Shown: positions 28,410-43,329, numbered from the stretch's first letter. The stretch: 64,000 nt of DNA from the human T2T-CHM13v2.0 reference genome, Homo sapiens (GCF_009914755.1 NC_060929.1); one strand, 5' to 3'. Made by a program: numbers and translations. The notes: generated by a model not told the origin, from the sequence alone.

Positions 28410-30340
28410 AAATTATTGAGATATGATTTATACAAAATAAAACGTACAACCTTCAAGTGTGCAGTTTGATGAATTTTTTTAAAATGTATATGCCCTTGTA
28501 GCCAGTACCACAAGCCTGATACAGAATTTTTCCATAATTTTACAAAGTCTTCTTGAGCCCACTCTACCCCTGCCCCAGGTAACCACAGTTTTGATTTTTT
28601 TCACCTCGATGTTTTATTTGCTCCAATACTTCAAGTTAGTAGGAATTTTACAGCAGCTCTTCTCTTGTGTCTATTCTTTGGTTCAGCGTAATGTCTGTAA
28701 GATTCGTCCATGTTGTTGCTCAATCTTGATGAGTAGTATTTCATGCTATGAACATATCATAATCGGTTTATTTGTTCATTTTGTTGGGGGGGGAATTTCC
28801 CCCCAGATTGGGGCCATTATGAATAAAGCTGCGATGAACATTCATCTACAAATTATCCTATGGATGTATATTTTCATTTCCTTTTTGTAAATGGAGATAG
28901 AATTACTGCATCTTTAGAGTAGGTACATGTTTAATTTTACACAAAATTGTCAAATCGTTTTATAGTTAGTTGTATTATTTTTACATTCACACCAGCCACA
29001 TATAAAGTTCTAGTTGTTTCACATCCTTATCAACCTCTGGTATTACAGTGTTTTCCAATTTAGCCATTGAGTGTGAAATGATATTTCATTGTCATTTTAA
29101 TTTGCATTTCTTTAATGACTAAAGATTTTAAGCATTTTTTTCATTTTCACACATTTATGGAATATCTGTTCAAATTTTTCCCAATTTTTAATTTTTTTTT
29201 GTATTCTTATTGAGATGTAAAAGTTTTTTATACATTCAGGATATCAGACTTACTTAAGATAAATGCATTACAAATATTTTCTCTCAGTCTGTCGACTTAA
29301 CTTTTCATTTTCTTAATGATGTCTTTTGCAGAATAGAGTTTGTAATTTTGATATATCCAGTATCAATTTGCTCTCTTTCACTATTGGTGTCCTTTGTATC
29401 CTAAGAAATCATTTTTTAGCCCAAGGCCATGAGATTTTCTTCCATATTTTTCTCTAGAAGTTTTCTAATTTTAGCTTTATCTTTAGGTCTATGATCCATT
29501 TCAAAATACTTTGTATATGGTATGAAGTAGGAGTTGAGGTTTATCTTTTTCCACATGAATATCCAGTTGATTCAGAACTGTTTTTTGAAAGGTTTAGTAT
29601 TTCTCTAAGGTGTTCCTTGATACCTTTGTCAAAAATCAATCTACTTTATATGTGTGGGTCTATAACAAATATAGATATAACAAATCAGTGAAACAGAACT
29701 TTCTATTCTGTTTCACTAATCTATTTACCTATTCCTATACCAATACCATATTGTCTTGTTTATTGTAGCTTTCTAGTAAGTCTTCAAATCAGGTAGTGAA
29801 AGTCTTCCAACTTCATGTTTTTTTCCAAAATTATTCTGTTTCACTAATCTATTTACCTATTCCTATACCAATACCATATTGTCTTGTTTATTGTAGCTTT
29901 CTAGTAAGTCTTCAAATCAGGTAGTGAAAGTCTTCCAACTTCATGTTTTTTTCCAAAACTATTCTGTTTTAGATCCTTTGCTTTTCTATATACATTTTAA
30001 TAATAGCCTGTCAATTTCCATTTAAAAGACTGCTGGAATTCTGACTCAGGCTGTATTAAATCTATAGGTAAATTTGGAGACAATTTACATTTTAACAATA
30101 TTAATATTCCAATCCATGAACGTGGTATATTGCTCCTTTTATTCAGGTTTTCTTTAACTTCTCTCAGCAATATCTTATAGTATTTAATCTAGAAAGCTTG
30201 CATGTCTTTTGTTAATTATTTTCTAAGTATTTTATTTGTTTTAAAATTATCATAGAGGAAAATGTTTAAGTTTAAGCTTATTGTTGTTGTTACTAGTTTA
30301 TAGAAAGACAATTTATTTTATATATTGACTTTATATCCTC
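28410..30340 (-). mobile_element. Old L1 (L1M) 3' portion, antisense
   Basis: T-rich L1 3'UTR/ORF2 remnants (tatgaataaagctgcgatgaacatt; ttttaatttgcatttctttaatgactaa; ttaggtctatgatccattt; ttccaatccatgaacgtgg). Confidence 0.88.
29704..29969. repeat. 128-bp tandem duplication inside the L1
   Basis: Units start at 29704 and 29832; TATTCTGTTT recurs at 29960. Confidence 0.95.
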
Positions 30341-30499
30341 TTAAAAACTTTCTCTCATCAAAATTTAAGGAGGAGAATAGTAAAAGACCTCAAAAGAGAG
30401 CTGAAGGATATAAATAAGAAAACAAGATCAAGAGACACAAGGAATGATTCTATATAAAGACTTTTGGAAAAAAGACAATGAAAAAAACAGGGCCATAAC

Positions 30500-30650
30500 A
30501 GTTAACCGCTGCTATGTAACAAATCATCTCAAAATTTAGTGCCTTAAAATAAAACACATAATATTATTTCACAATCCTGTAGGATAGCTGAGTTGTTCTT
30601 CTGCTGTTATCACCTGGGCTCCCTCATATAACTGCATTCAGCTATATCTT
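30500..30650. mobile_element. MLT1 (MaLR) LTR fragment
   Basis: ctgctatgtaacaaatcatctcaaaatttagtgccttaaaataaaac. Confidence 0.55.
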
Positions 30651-31149
30651 TGTTTCAGAATTATATGTGATATATATTTTATTCTATTTGTGAGTAGATC
30701 AATTTATTGGGGAATATAATTTTGACCACAGAAATTCCTATTGAATAGAACATGAATAATTTGTTTTACATCTCACAATATTAGAAATAACTAGATACTT
30801 CCAAAATATTCAGTTGCTATTTAAAAGATTAATACTTTTGTAACAATTATGGTGACTCATAAAAATTTAAAAGCAAAAAGGATAGCATACTTTATTCGCT
30901 TTTTAAATAAAGTTAACCTGTCATAGAATCAGTAGCAGAGCTGCTTCACAGAAGATAGAAATATTTGTATATATGAAAGCATTATTCATTTAATAATAGA
31001 TGAAAGGGATATAATTTTAAATAAAATATTATAGTGCATTCATACAAACATACAGCTCTGTGTGTGTGTATTTTAAAACCCTTAATATGCAACATTACAT
31101 GTCGAAACTGATTGTCTGCACCAAGGTTTTTTCTTTGTTGTTCTTTATT

Positions 31150-31900
31150 TTAGTAACCATAACCCCAGCTGACTATTCCAGAAACCTGAGACTCATCGCT
31201 CAGGTCACTCTGTCTTTTACCCCAACATCCAATCCATTTTCAAATATGGTTAATTGCGCCTCCTTTATATTTCTTGGACATTTCTGGTCCTCCTTGGACA
31301 TTTCAAACACCTCTGTGCAAGTCACCAGCCATCTCTCTGTTAGGCAATAACCTCCTAACCAATTTCCCCACATCCGCTCATGTCCACCCACCCTTCAGAT
31401 ACTCCATATTGCACCTAGGATGATGTTTTCATAAACACAAATCTGACCATGCCATTTCTGTCATCAAAACAATTTAGGGAATCTCACTACCTTTGAGTAA
31501 AGTAAACAATCTATACTATGGTCTAATGCTCCCCACTCTTGACTACTTCTGCAGGTTCAATACCACCAGCACCCTCATCTCCCTACACAGCCTTACCTCT
31601 TTTACACTACTACTAATTGCAGGTTCCAGACCAAACTCTCATGTTCTTTGAGAGCCTCAGGGCCTTTCCTTTGCTATTCCCTTTTCATGAACTGCTTTTT
31701 CCTCCACTCTTTTGCTAGCCAACCTCATCTCACTCTTCAAGCCTCAGTTTAAATGTCATTGCTTTCTGGAGACAAAGTCAGCCCCTTCTCTTTGCCCTTA
31801 CATAGCATACTGCACTTCTTTGTAAAGCCACCCTCACCTGTAATTATGTATTCAATGTCTGTCTTCTCAACTAAATTGTAATTTCCATGATATAAATTTT
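31150..31900. mobile_element. L2 fragment
   Basis: ccagaaacctgagactcatc...aaatctgaccatgcc...cttcaagcctcagtttaaatgtca...aatgtctgtcttctcaactaaattgtaa. Confidence 0.65.
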
Positions 31901-33474
31901 ATCTGTAACGTATTCATCCAAGCTGTATATTTCCATCTGTAGGAACGATGACTTCCTTTATGTATTGTGTGTAGACCAAGTACAATAACTGTTCTTAATA
32001 CATGTTAATAAGTAGTAATCATAAAGACACTTTGTTCCAGCTCAGCATGGTTTCAACAAACATGCATTACACTCTCAGAATATGTGTGCCAAATGAAAAT
32101 TCACTTCAGCTCTCTCAGCATGGGAACTTAAGTATTTACTCATTTTGGAGAGAAATAGGCATAATTTAACCAGAATAGCAGAGTGTGTGCTCCAGAGAGG
32201 TCTTGGGCTGAAGAAATTGAAACCTTAATCTCATTAAAATGACAGTCTTGGCATAAGTTAATGGGGAATCTTGCCCAATGCTTGACCACACCAATCTGGC
32301 TTTATTCAGGCCCTCACATTTACATGCACCAAAAATCTACATTTCTTAATTTTAGAGGGGTTAAGGTAACTTCATTGTAAACAAAACAGTTTTGTGGTAG
32401 AGTAAATAGATTTAAGGCTATCCCATTGAAAATTTTCATTTGTAAATTGAATAATTCATGTAACTAAGCAGTCTTTTTTACATCTTGTTAGGAGCCTGGT
32501 TATTTTATAAAGTACCCTGTGTTGAGAATGGTGTTTAGGTATTTCCACAATGACTGCGTGGCAAATTGTGAATGAGATGAGAGGAAATACTTTAAGATGA
32601 TCTAACACTAAATTCTAAGGTTTATGTGGCAGAATGCATGCATGAGTGTTGAGATAGGGTTCTTCAAAATGCTGTGACTCAGTTTGGGAGATAACAGGGC
32701 GCCAGCTAAAAGCAGCTCCAGCTGCAGTCCAAATGGTGATATTTTCATATGTGAAGTGCTAATAAGCAGTTAGTAATCTTTCAAGCAAACCACAAAGGAA
32801 GTCCACAAATTACTACAGAACACTTTATTTATGTTAACACTCATGCACACAATCAAATAGGCTTTTTATCCTAAGTGTCTCCATTAAAGGTTTTCAGAAA
32901 AAGAAAAAAAACAACAACAAAACAAAACCTAAGACTAGCTATAGGAACAGCAACAAAAAACAGAAACAGAAGTTACTGTTTTATTAACACACTTGTGTTA
33001 TGCTATAACCCTGTACTAATAATCAGTTATATAAACAAGTGATTAGTGAGAACAAAACTGACACAATGACACAATTCAATCATTTCCTTATTATTAATGG
33101 ATGTTATCAAGTTGATATTTCTGGAAGTAAATAATATATTTTCCCATTAATACTAAGTAACTACAAAATAAAATACTGCTATAATATATTACATAATCAC
33201 AATCATCTTTTTTAAAGATATGTTTTTCATAATGGCCCCCATGTTAATTTCTGAGAGACTAGACCATAACACTTTGTAAGAGAATGGTGATCTGTTTTAA
33301 ATATTCGATGTTTATTTCACATTAGCTAGAGACTGACACTGAGGATTAAGCCTAAAGACATGTTTAATGAAGACAGGCTTAAGTATGTGCTCTCTATTTT
33401 GGCATTTTTCTTGGAGACTGAGTGAAGTTTCTAATTGCTTAATTACTATTAGGATGATTGTCTATTGTTTATTG

Positions 33475-34180
33475 CAGCGGTTCCCAACGTTTTTGGCACT
33501 AGGGACCAGTTTCATGGAAGGCAGTTTTTCCATGGACCAAGGTTAGGGTGTGGAGAATGGTTTCAGGATGAGTCAAGTACATTAAATTTATTGTGTACTT
33601 TATTTCTATTATTATTACATTGTAATATATAATGAAATAATTATACAACTCACCAAAATGTAAAATCAGTTGTTTTCCTGCCACTGTACAGTCCCATCTG
33701 GGGGTGATGGGAGACAGTGACAGACCATCAGGCATTAGATTATTATAAGGAGCACGCAACCTAAATCCCTCATATGCACAGTTCACAATGGGGTTCACGC
33801 TCATATGAGAATCTAATGCCATGATTGATCTGACAGGAAGCAAAGCTCAGGTGGTAATGTGGGGAAAGAGGATCTTGGTAAACATGCTATTGTAAGTTGA
33901 ATGTCTCTACTCCCCTTCCGAGAACCCCATGTCTCCTTACTGGGAAACTTCAAGTCAAATGGTTTTAGGATTTACTGACAGAGGTTACTTGCTAGTATGA
34001 ATTTGAGAAATTCATGGGAGGTACCTCACCAGGAACCCAAAAAATGGAATTTTTGACGTGGGGAGTGTCTGTAAATACAGATGAAGCTTCACTTGCTGGC
34101 CCACTGCTCACCTCCTGCTGTGCAGCCCAGTTCCTAACAGGGATGGTACTGGTCCGTGTCCTGGGGTTTCGGAACCACTG
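33475..34180 (+). mobile_element. MER1A (hAT-Charlie non-autonomous DNA transposon) with 8-bp TSD, interrupted by a ~203-bp local insertion
   Basis: TIRs cagcggttccc / ggaaccactg; TSD GTTTATTG at 33467-33474 and 34181-34188; recognisable MER1 body. Confidence 0.9.
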
Positions 34181-34604
34181 GTTTATTGAAAAGACATTCT
34201 GCTGGGTTGGTATGGAGCCCAAGTTATATTTGGGTTACACATTAGGGACTACTTCTTGTGATTTTGAGCCTAAATTATAATAAACTCTAGATATACACAC
34301 CCTATGCCTATCAGAATAGTAATGAAGGGGTAAATGGCCCCCAACACAAGTGGCAATGGTTTTTGGAATAATACCAAAAGCCAACGAAATGTGATGGAGA
34401 TTTACTGAAGCTAAGCATTAATTTTGGGGATAGGATGTTCTCGATGTAGGCCTAGATGTATGCAGCATCGTGTAAGGCTATCTATTAAAGAAGTCTAAAA
34501 AATTCACTTGTGATATTGAGTCATAAAGTTGGTTTTTAATCCATTCTCAACAGACTCTCAATTTTTAAAATTTTTGTCAACTTCTTATAATAATTCCTGG
34601 GAGA

Positions 34605-34807
34605 AAAGAGGATCTTGGTAAACATGCTATTATAAGTTGAATGTCTCTACTCCTCTTCCGAGAACCCCATGTCTCTTTACTGGGAAACTTCAAGACAAAT
34701 GGTTTTAGGATTTAGTGACAGAAGTTACTTGCTAGTATGAATTTGAGAAATTCATGGGAGGTACCTCACCAGGAACCCAAAAAATGGAATGTTTTATGTG
34801 GGGAGTG
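34605..34807. repeat. Donor copy of the ~203-bp segment duplicated at 33865-34067
   Basis: About 9 differences over ~203 nt, offset 740 bp. Confidence 0.93.
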
Positions 34808-35689
34808 AATGACTTAAAACTGCATTGGGATAAATCCTTGGAAACAGAAAAATATTCTCTTTAGGTCTAGTGAACTCAAAACCACGAAATACTTTCCTTT
34901 CACGGTGGACTTCCTCAGTTCTCTAGAATGAATGTATGGTAGGATGGAGACTTACTGGAATTCATATGTCAAGTTCATAACTGAGTGGGTAGAAGCTCTC
35001 CTTTTAATTCCTACAGTAAACGACAAAAATGAGTAATCCTCTAGGGGGCAATAGAGTATGACTTAGGCTCAGAATTGCCGGGATCAAGATCCTGAGGGAA
35101 AGATTGGTCATGAAGAATTCTTAAACTGTCTTACACTTGAAAAAAACAGTCGGCTGGTTCAACTTTATCACAGCCCCTCAAGAATCTCCCTGATTTTTTG
35201 TGGTAAGGCTGAACAGCACCGAGGTGGAACAAGGGATGAGTGTAGCTGCCCTGCCGGTGCATTACAAATGGATGGAACCTGAACCCCAGAACTGGGGAAG
35301 ATGAGAAGAGGAAGGGTTGCAGCAAGGCTGACTCAGGCTCTTGAAGTGGGATGCTCTCCAGTGAGGTTTCTGACCCTGAGGAGCCCGTCTTGTCAGGGGC
35401 TTTACTGGGGACGGTGTGCTTTTATTTATTTTCAGTATGAATTTTCAGCTCTTCAGTTCTCTACATTTTATAGTACCCAGGACGGCAGAAAACTTTTCCT
35501 AGGCCACTTTGGATTTCCCAAAACTTTGGTGGTTTGGCCTGCATCATGCTGCTTTAGTTTTGTTGGTGCAGCTCATCTAGCAATCAACTGCTCAGGTAAT
35601 AGAAAGAACTCCGTGAAGTTATCTTCGTCCTCATATTACGAAAACAATGACCCTGGGTGGGTGGGGAGTAAAATCCCAATGCTGATATA

Positions 35690-35992
35690 CAGTCAGCCCT
35701 CCCTGTTTATGGGTTCCGCATCCATGGATTAAACAACCACTGATGGAGGAAAATGTTTAGGAAAAAAAATGTGTCTGTACTGAATATGTAGACTTTTTTT
35801 CTTATTTAGGTAGCATTTACATTGTATTAGATATTATAAAGAATCTTAAAATGATCTAAAGTATATGGGGGGATATGCATAGGTTATATGTCAATACTAT
35901 GCCATTTTATATCAGAGAGTTGGGTATCCACTGATTTTGTTATCTGTGAGAGGTCCTGGAATGAGTCCCCCATAAGTACCAAGAGATGACTA
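35690..35992. mobile_element. MER2-like (TcMar-Tigger) element
   Basis: ta|cagtcagccctcc...gggttccgcatccatggatt...ggatatgcataggttatatg...gagatgacta|ta. Confidence 0.75.
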
Positions 35993-37170
35993 TATTGCCT
36001 TTCCAAAGTTCTAGTGGAAACTTGGACTGACATAGGTGTGGTGGCTTTCCAGGGTACCTGTTGGTAAGCCTGCCTGACCTAGGTGAAGAAGAGAAAAAGC
36101 ATGTTAGAGTGATGAGAGGAGGGAATGTGGTGTCCGAACACATACGGCATTTTCTTCTTGGTAGAGCTGCATGAAGAACTAATGGGGGAAAGGGGTGACA
36201 GAGGACAGAGTATTTTTGCAAACATTTATAGTCTCTCTTGCCCCTTTGTTTTCTTCCAAGGAGAAAAAAATTCTTACTGGCTGGATTTCATTTTCCATGA
36301 AGAATGTGGGGTGATGAGATAGTTCGTATGAGAAAAACAATCAAAACACAGGAGGAGAATAAACTTGACAGAGGGCTGCGTACAGCAGGGAAAGTCACTG
36401 TGGGCAGCCGGAGCTATTGGGAAAGAAGTGGTCTTAGTAAAAGGACAGTTCTGGAAGGAAGATGAGAGAGAAAGGGTGCCAGTGATTGGATCATTTTAGA
36501 GGACTGAGTTGAGTTTGTAAAGAGATGAGGAATAAGAAAACTATCCAGCAAAGAATGTTAAGTCATGTGGCTTATATTAACAGTATGCTGTCTGTTTTCA
36601 GGCATTTTCCCCACCAAGAGACTTAGTAAAGATTCCAAATACTTTTATTGACTGTAGAGGAATAGGCCATTTGGGGGCAGAACTCAATTATCTTTAGAAT
36701 ACAATTATCTAGTATAACGATTTCGAATGTTATTATCTGCTAACCTAAATTACTTCTTTTAGCTCTTTGTTCACTTTATATTTGGATAATACACTTTCCT
36801 AAGTAGCAATAAATCTGAAAAATATTTTAGAAATGTATTTTTAATTCAACAAAAATATAAAGTTCTAGCTGGGTATTACCAGGCTTTCCGCCAAGTACAG
36901 TAATTGTTACTTGTGGAATTTTCTTAGAATGGCCAAGGCATTTGACTCAATAACTATAACTCTGGAATGAGTAGCTGGGTGGAGTCACTAGTCTGTTGGA
37001 AAGTTGGTGGGTTAGTTCAAGCCTATATGCTAGAAGAAGAGATTTATAGGTGGATTCACTCGGCAGATCTGAGAAACATAGGGTGTATGTTTTATTCAAA
37101 TTGAACATTAAATTTCATTACCTATGCGATTTGTTCCCCCTTTCTCCTAACCAATGGTTTGTTTCTTTTT

Positions 37171-37517
<347 letters not shown>

Positions 37518-38089
37518 TAAATACCATGGTGATAAACCATCTATTAAATTATACTCTTTAGAATATATAAATGCAAAGTCCACATTTAAGTCAGGTTAGG
37601 AAGTGGGTGGGAGTTGTCAGTTATTTGAGAACACACATGTACTGAAAACAACCACAAAGCTATGAGGAACTGAGGCAAATTTAGGGAGCAGAGGGCGACA
37701 GGATCACTGCTCAACCAAGCAACACAGCAGGCACAGTTCTCAGCCACAATGCCCAGATCCTTTCTTTGAGTTGAAACTGAATTTCCTTGTTATTCTTTCC
37801 AAGATGGAAATGTGTAGAACCAATGTGTAGAAATGCAGAATATAAATGCAAGCAAATAAATTGCAAATGGGACAGCCTAAGTACAAAAGTTAACTTTTAA
37901 AAATCATTTGTGAATAAGTTGGTTCATCTCCAAAGTGTTACTTCAGATGTGCCCAAGTGCATAGAAAAATTCTGACAAGCTTGGATTTGTAATAAACATA
38001 CTTCTTGGATGCTTCATATTTCCAAAATGTTAATAAGCTAAATTTTGAGTTTAAAATTAGCTTAAACAAAATGTTAGCGTTTTGATTTG

Positions 38090-38702
38090 AAACTTTATGG
38101 GGCATGTGTCCCCCCCTTGCATGCCTTCCTAAACTCCAGAGGTAGGACAGCTAAAATCCACACCTCTCAGAGTGCCCTGAAGCCAGAGTTCAAGAATTAG
38201 GTTCTGAAACCAAACGAGATGTACAAAATTTGAAACTGAAGTAAGACAGAGTTTCTTCTTTTTCAGTTTTTGCTGATTTTGCTGACAAGCATGATTATGC
38301 GGGAATTGAGATTTTCAGCTGCAGAGGACATTCCAGGGTCCATTCAATAGCTTTGTGGGTCTAGTGTGTACTGCAGGGTTTAGGAGGTGCAGGACATCTC
38401 TGGAGCTGACAGTTGCACCTTGCAGATCCCTGGATTCCAGCTAAAGTATGTGTTACTGGAGCCATAGTTCCAGGGACAGCTTCCAGATTCCCAGCTTCCA
38501 CTGAAAATGTGGCCGAGGTAGCAGCTCCCTTGGTAAGCCAGTGTTACAGAATCTTCCTGCAATTATTTCTGGAGACCAGGCTAGACTCCAATACTCCATC
38601 TCTTTCAATAATTTTATAAGAATGTAATTTCTCAATTTAAATTATTTTCTGCTTAAAATAGAGTGTTTTTTGTTATCTGTAACTGAATCTTGATTGATAA
38701 CA
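38090..38702 (+). mobile_element. Old ERVL-class LTR (LTR33/LTR16-like)
   Basis: 3' end ...ttctgcttaaaatagagtg...tctgtaactgaatcttgattgata; followed by ERVL-internal-like sequence at ~39090-39440. Confidence 0.45.
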
Positions 38703-38746
38703 ATGTTTGAGACAATAGGTTAGGTATTTAACCTACTTGTGATTGA

Positions 38747-39082
<336 letters not shown>

Positions 39083-39444
39083 TGAGGGGATAATTGTAAT
39101 TTTTGGCAGCAGGTGGTGAAACAGTAAAATAGTAATTTTTGGCAGCTGGTGGTGTATCACCTGTAATGAGTGCCTATAGAAAACCTGGCTTTGACGGACT
39201 GAGTGATAAAGGTTGTGGCATAGCAGGAGGATATGATGAATAAGGATAAACTGGCTGCTGCAAACTGCGCTGGAGAGATTTTAAAAAGAAATGGGAAATT
39301 CAGGGCTTTAAATTATCCATTCAATGTGGTGAGAGAGCCAGGGAATTTTTAGCCTTAAAAGAATCTTCTTTCTTGTGGCTGCTGAGCTGATGTAGCCAAA
39401 AATCAATCACAAAATCTGTCCCTATGGCTTGTTGAATCACCTGG

Positions 39445-39660
39445 CTGGTTTCTGTCCCACTTGGGGTCTCCTCTTTCGCTTTGGAGCCCCCATCCCTCTG
39501 TCTCTGCAGGGAGGAGCTTCTATCTTCTGCTTTCTCTCTTCTATCTTGCCTATTAAGCTCTCTGCTCCTTAACCCACTCCACGTGTGTCCATGTCCTTTT
39601 ATCTAAACCGGCATGAGGACCTAGAACCCTGGTGTTCCTCCCCTCATCCGAGCTGTATCA
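39445..39660 (+). mobile_element. ERV LTR 3' fragment
   Basis: ttggagcccccatccctctgtctctg...ccactccacgtgtgtccatgtc...gaaccctggtgttcctcc...gtatca. Confidence 0.5.
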
Positions 39661-40400
39661 CTTGTATATGTAGCTTTGAGTTCCTACTCATCTAAGCATG
39701 ATAAATTCCTAGAAAGAGAATTTTTTATAAAAAGATATGTGCACTTTTCATTTGCTAGTCACTGCCAAATTGCCCTCCAAGAGAATTATTTGCACACTCA
39801 TCAACAGCATACGAAAGCGCCGATTTTCTGTATCCTCCCCAACTCAGGGTTTTGTCAGATGTTTTGATCTTCATCAACTAGATAAATAGAAATAGATGTT
39901 TCATTATAGCTTTAATTTGCATTTTTATTATGGGTTATTTTGAGCCTTTTTTAACTGTAAAAGTAATTTGTATTTTTGTTCCTGTTAAGTGTGATATCCT
40001 TCGTCTCCTGGATTGTGAGTCCTTTCCATTTTATTTACGGTAGTTAACTGTATAATGGAATAAGCTTTTTTTTTATTGTCTTGTATGTTGAAATATTGCT
40101 CTCCCTTGGCTATAGTACTTTTATTCCAGGCAGAAAGTAAAGTTTACTTAACTTTTATGTGAGTGACTTTATTTTTTTATTTTTAATTTTTTAATGATCT
40201 TTCACTTTTCTGACAGGCTTAAGAAAGCCTTTCCTATTTTAAGAGTGCAAAAATATTCTCCCATAATTTTTTTCTGGTTTCCAGAAATGTTTGTATGTTT
40301 CTGGTTTCTATTGTTGTATTTGAAAGTATGGCATTCTTTTTTGTGTAAAGCATGAGATTAGAATCTCTTTTTGTTTTCCCATCCAGATGACAAAACCCAC
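39660..40400 (-). mobile_element. Degraded L1ME fragment
   Basis: ctgccaaattgccctcca...tttaatttgcatttt. Confidence 0.55.
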
Positions 40401-40901
40401 AATTTTAACAAGTATTCAAGATTGCCTTCTTGAGAAGGTTCTCACAGAGGACATCTTACCCGTTCTATTAGCCATGTGCCCCTGAGGGTCCAGTCATTCC
40501 TAAGTGCCTTTCAAGCTGCTCCCTCACAGTTGGATTTGTTTTATTTTTTATTACAGCTTGTAATTGAGAGACACTGAGGCTTGCACATCATGTAAAGGCA
40601 GGAAGACCACCAGGAGAAACTTATGTTTTTACCAAGTCTCATGCTGCTGTCAATCTGATGGGGTGTAGGGCTACTCACACCTGCAACATTGCTTCTTAAT
40701 GGGTTGGTATCCCATGTGGGTAATACAGGCATGGATTACCATACTTAATTATATTAGCAACAGTATTTTTTTAATGTAATTCAGTTAGTGATCAACAACA
40801 ACAAAAAACCCTTTTGTATATGTGAAGGAAAGTTAAAATAATAGTTATTCTTTTAACTGCCTTTATTGTTTTTGGTTCAAAAATAATAAGCTTTAAAATA
40901 G

Positions 40902-41530
<629 letters not shown>

Positions 41531-41859
41531 AAAAATATTTTTTATTAGTAAATATATTGCTTTTTTTATTTTAGAAATTTCAGTGTGTTGTTGAGTCAAT
41601 AAAAAATGGGCTGCTTTCTGAGACCAATTTTCCTAAAAAATCAGAATTATCAAGTCTGTCTATAAACCACTCATGAATGCTTCCTGCAGGTTAAAGTGTG
41701 AGTGGTTTTCATGTGACTGCTGCAGCCAATGCTATACAAGAATCCATGACCATGTGAAGACCATACGTGGCTGATCACTGGGAAAACAAAAGTAGGCATT
41801 AATAAAAAATTAAATGGGAAATAATACGAGGTAAAACTAAACTTTGATTGAGAACTTAT

Positions 41860-42030
41860 TTTTGCCAAGCACTATGGTAAGTGCTATACATGCAGTACCT
41901 CATATAATCACCAACCCAAGAAGGTAGGAACTACTATTCCTCTGTTTATAAATGAGAAAAGAGCCTCAGGTGAACTGATTTCCAGTGTCATACAGCCAGA
42001 AAGAGCAGAAGCAGGGGCTGTAGCAACTCT
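41860..42030 (-). mobile_element. MIR fragment
   Basis: gccaagcactatggtaagtgct...tttataaatgagaaaagagcctcagg. Confidence 0.55.
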
Positions 42031-43329
42031 GTCATGCTGACTGTTAGAAAGCACGAAGACTGGAGGCGTCAGAGGTCAGATGACTCAGGGCTGAGCAAGC
42101 TGGGATGGAAGTAGAATGAGAGGACAAGGAGAACTCTGCCGCTCAGGTGACCTGGACCCCATCTCCCCACAGCCAACTATCTCTCTTGCTCCCACTTGTA
42201 AGGCAACCCCAGTGTAGAGGGCAGTGCTAGGGTGGGGTGTGGCAGGATAAGATGTGGTAGATTCTATCTCTTATGGCATTGGGGTAGCTCATTGGAAAAG
42301 GGCAAATAGGCTGAATAGGGAAATAGGTGAAAAGGAATGCAAGATCCCACTATTATCACCAGGTAAGCAGCCTTTGGACCAGGCGCTGGCTGGAAGACCA
42401 GGTCCACAAGAAGGCAAGGAGACATACAGGGAATGCCTGCCCCTGCATCTGCTTAGACACACTAGCACTCCGGCCACACAGCAGTCCCTACACAGACTCT
42501 TACAGACATAGAGATCACGCTGGGGACTCACTGCTACAAACCAGGGGAGAAGGAAGGAGCCAGAGGGAGTGGCTAATCTGAGATGGCTTGGAGCCCCCAG
42601 AATTTTACCATCTTCTATTCATCTTCTGTATATTTTCCCCAAGATTCAGCTGCTCTTGAACACTCCTGCCAAGGAATGGGTCAGGCGGTCAGTAACCACA
42701 TGAAAAATTCTGCCTGTCGTTTTGATACTGATGGCTCTCAGAAAGCTGGCAACTGTTTGGAAAAATTGTATGTGCTTCTGAGATTTTAGGTGTCTAATCT
42801 TTAAAAAAAAAAAAAGTCCTAGAATTACTAAAGTCTTTTATATCACCTGGTTTGAACTTGATAAATTGCAAGAAAGCAGTTTTAAAACTTGTGTGAGACT
42901 CTGAGTAGCACATGGACAGATTATCAGAATCTACTTAAACTTGCTGAAATCTATATTTTATCACAGATTACTATATATTGCTGTCTCAAGAACTTTATTA
43001 TTAGATCATTAAGTGTTGTATCTAACAACAAGATTTTTACCTGGGTTTATGAGTAAATAGAAAAAAATGACAATATTTTATTAATAACAAGATCTCTGAA
43101 AATATATATTATACTGTGTACTCAGCCTAGTAATTTAAATGTGTTTTATATAATAAGAATTCATAGTACTTTCTTATTAGGGGAACTAAAAATTAATTTG
43201 CTTCGTAACTCGTTTCTCCTCCAAATTGAAAAATAGAAAAGTGGGAAAGCAGTTACCATGGCTATGAAAAGAAGGTGGGATTTGCATTTCAATTTGGTGA
43301 AATAATTTATGCAATTAAGTAATGAGGTT

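Noticed and set aside
33499-33843. 114-aa ORF
   Set aside because: Lies within non-autonomous MER1A; not a transposase
29704-34807. Direct repeats as a CRISPR-like or array system
   Set aside because: Only two copies each, no spacers, eukaryotic context; explained by local duplication
35301-35732. 143-aa ORF
   Set aside because: No recognisable homology or exon context; runs into a MER2-like element
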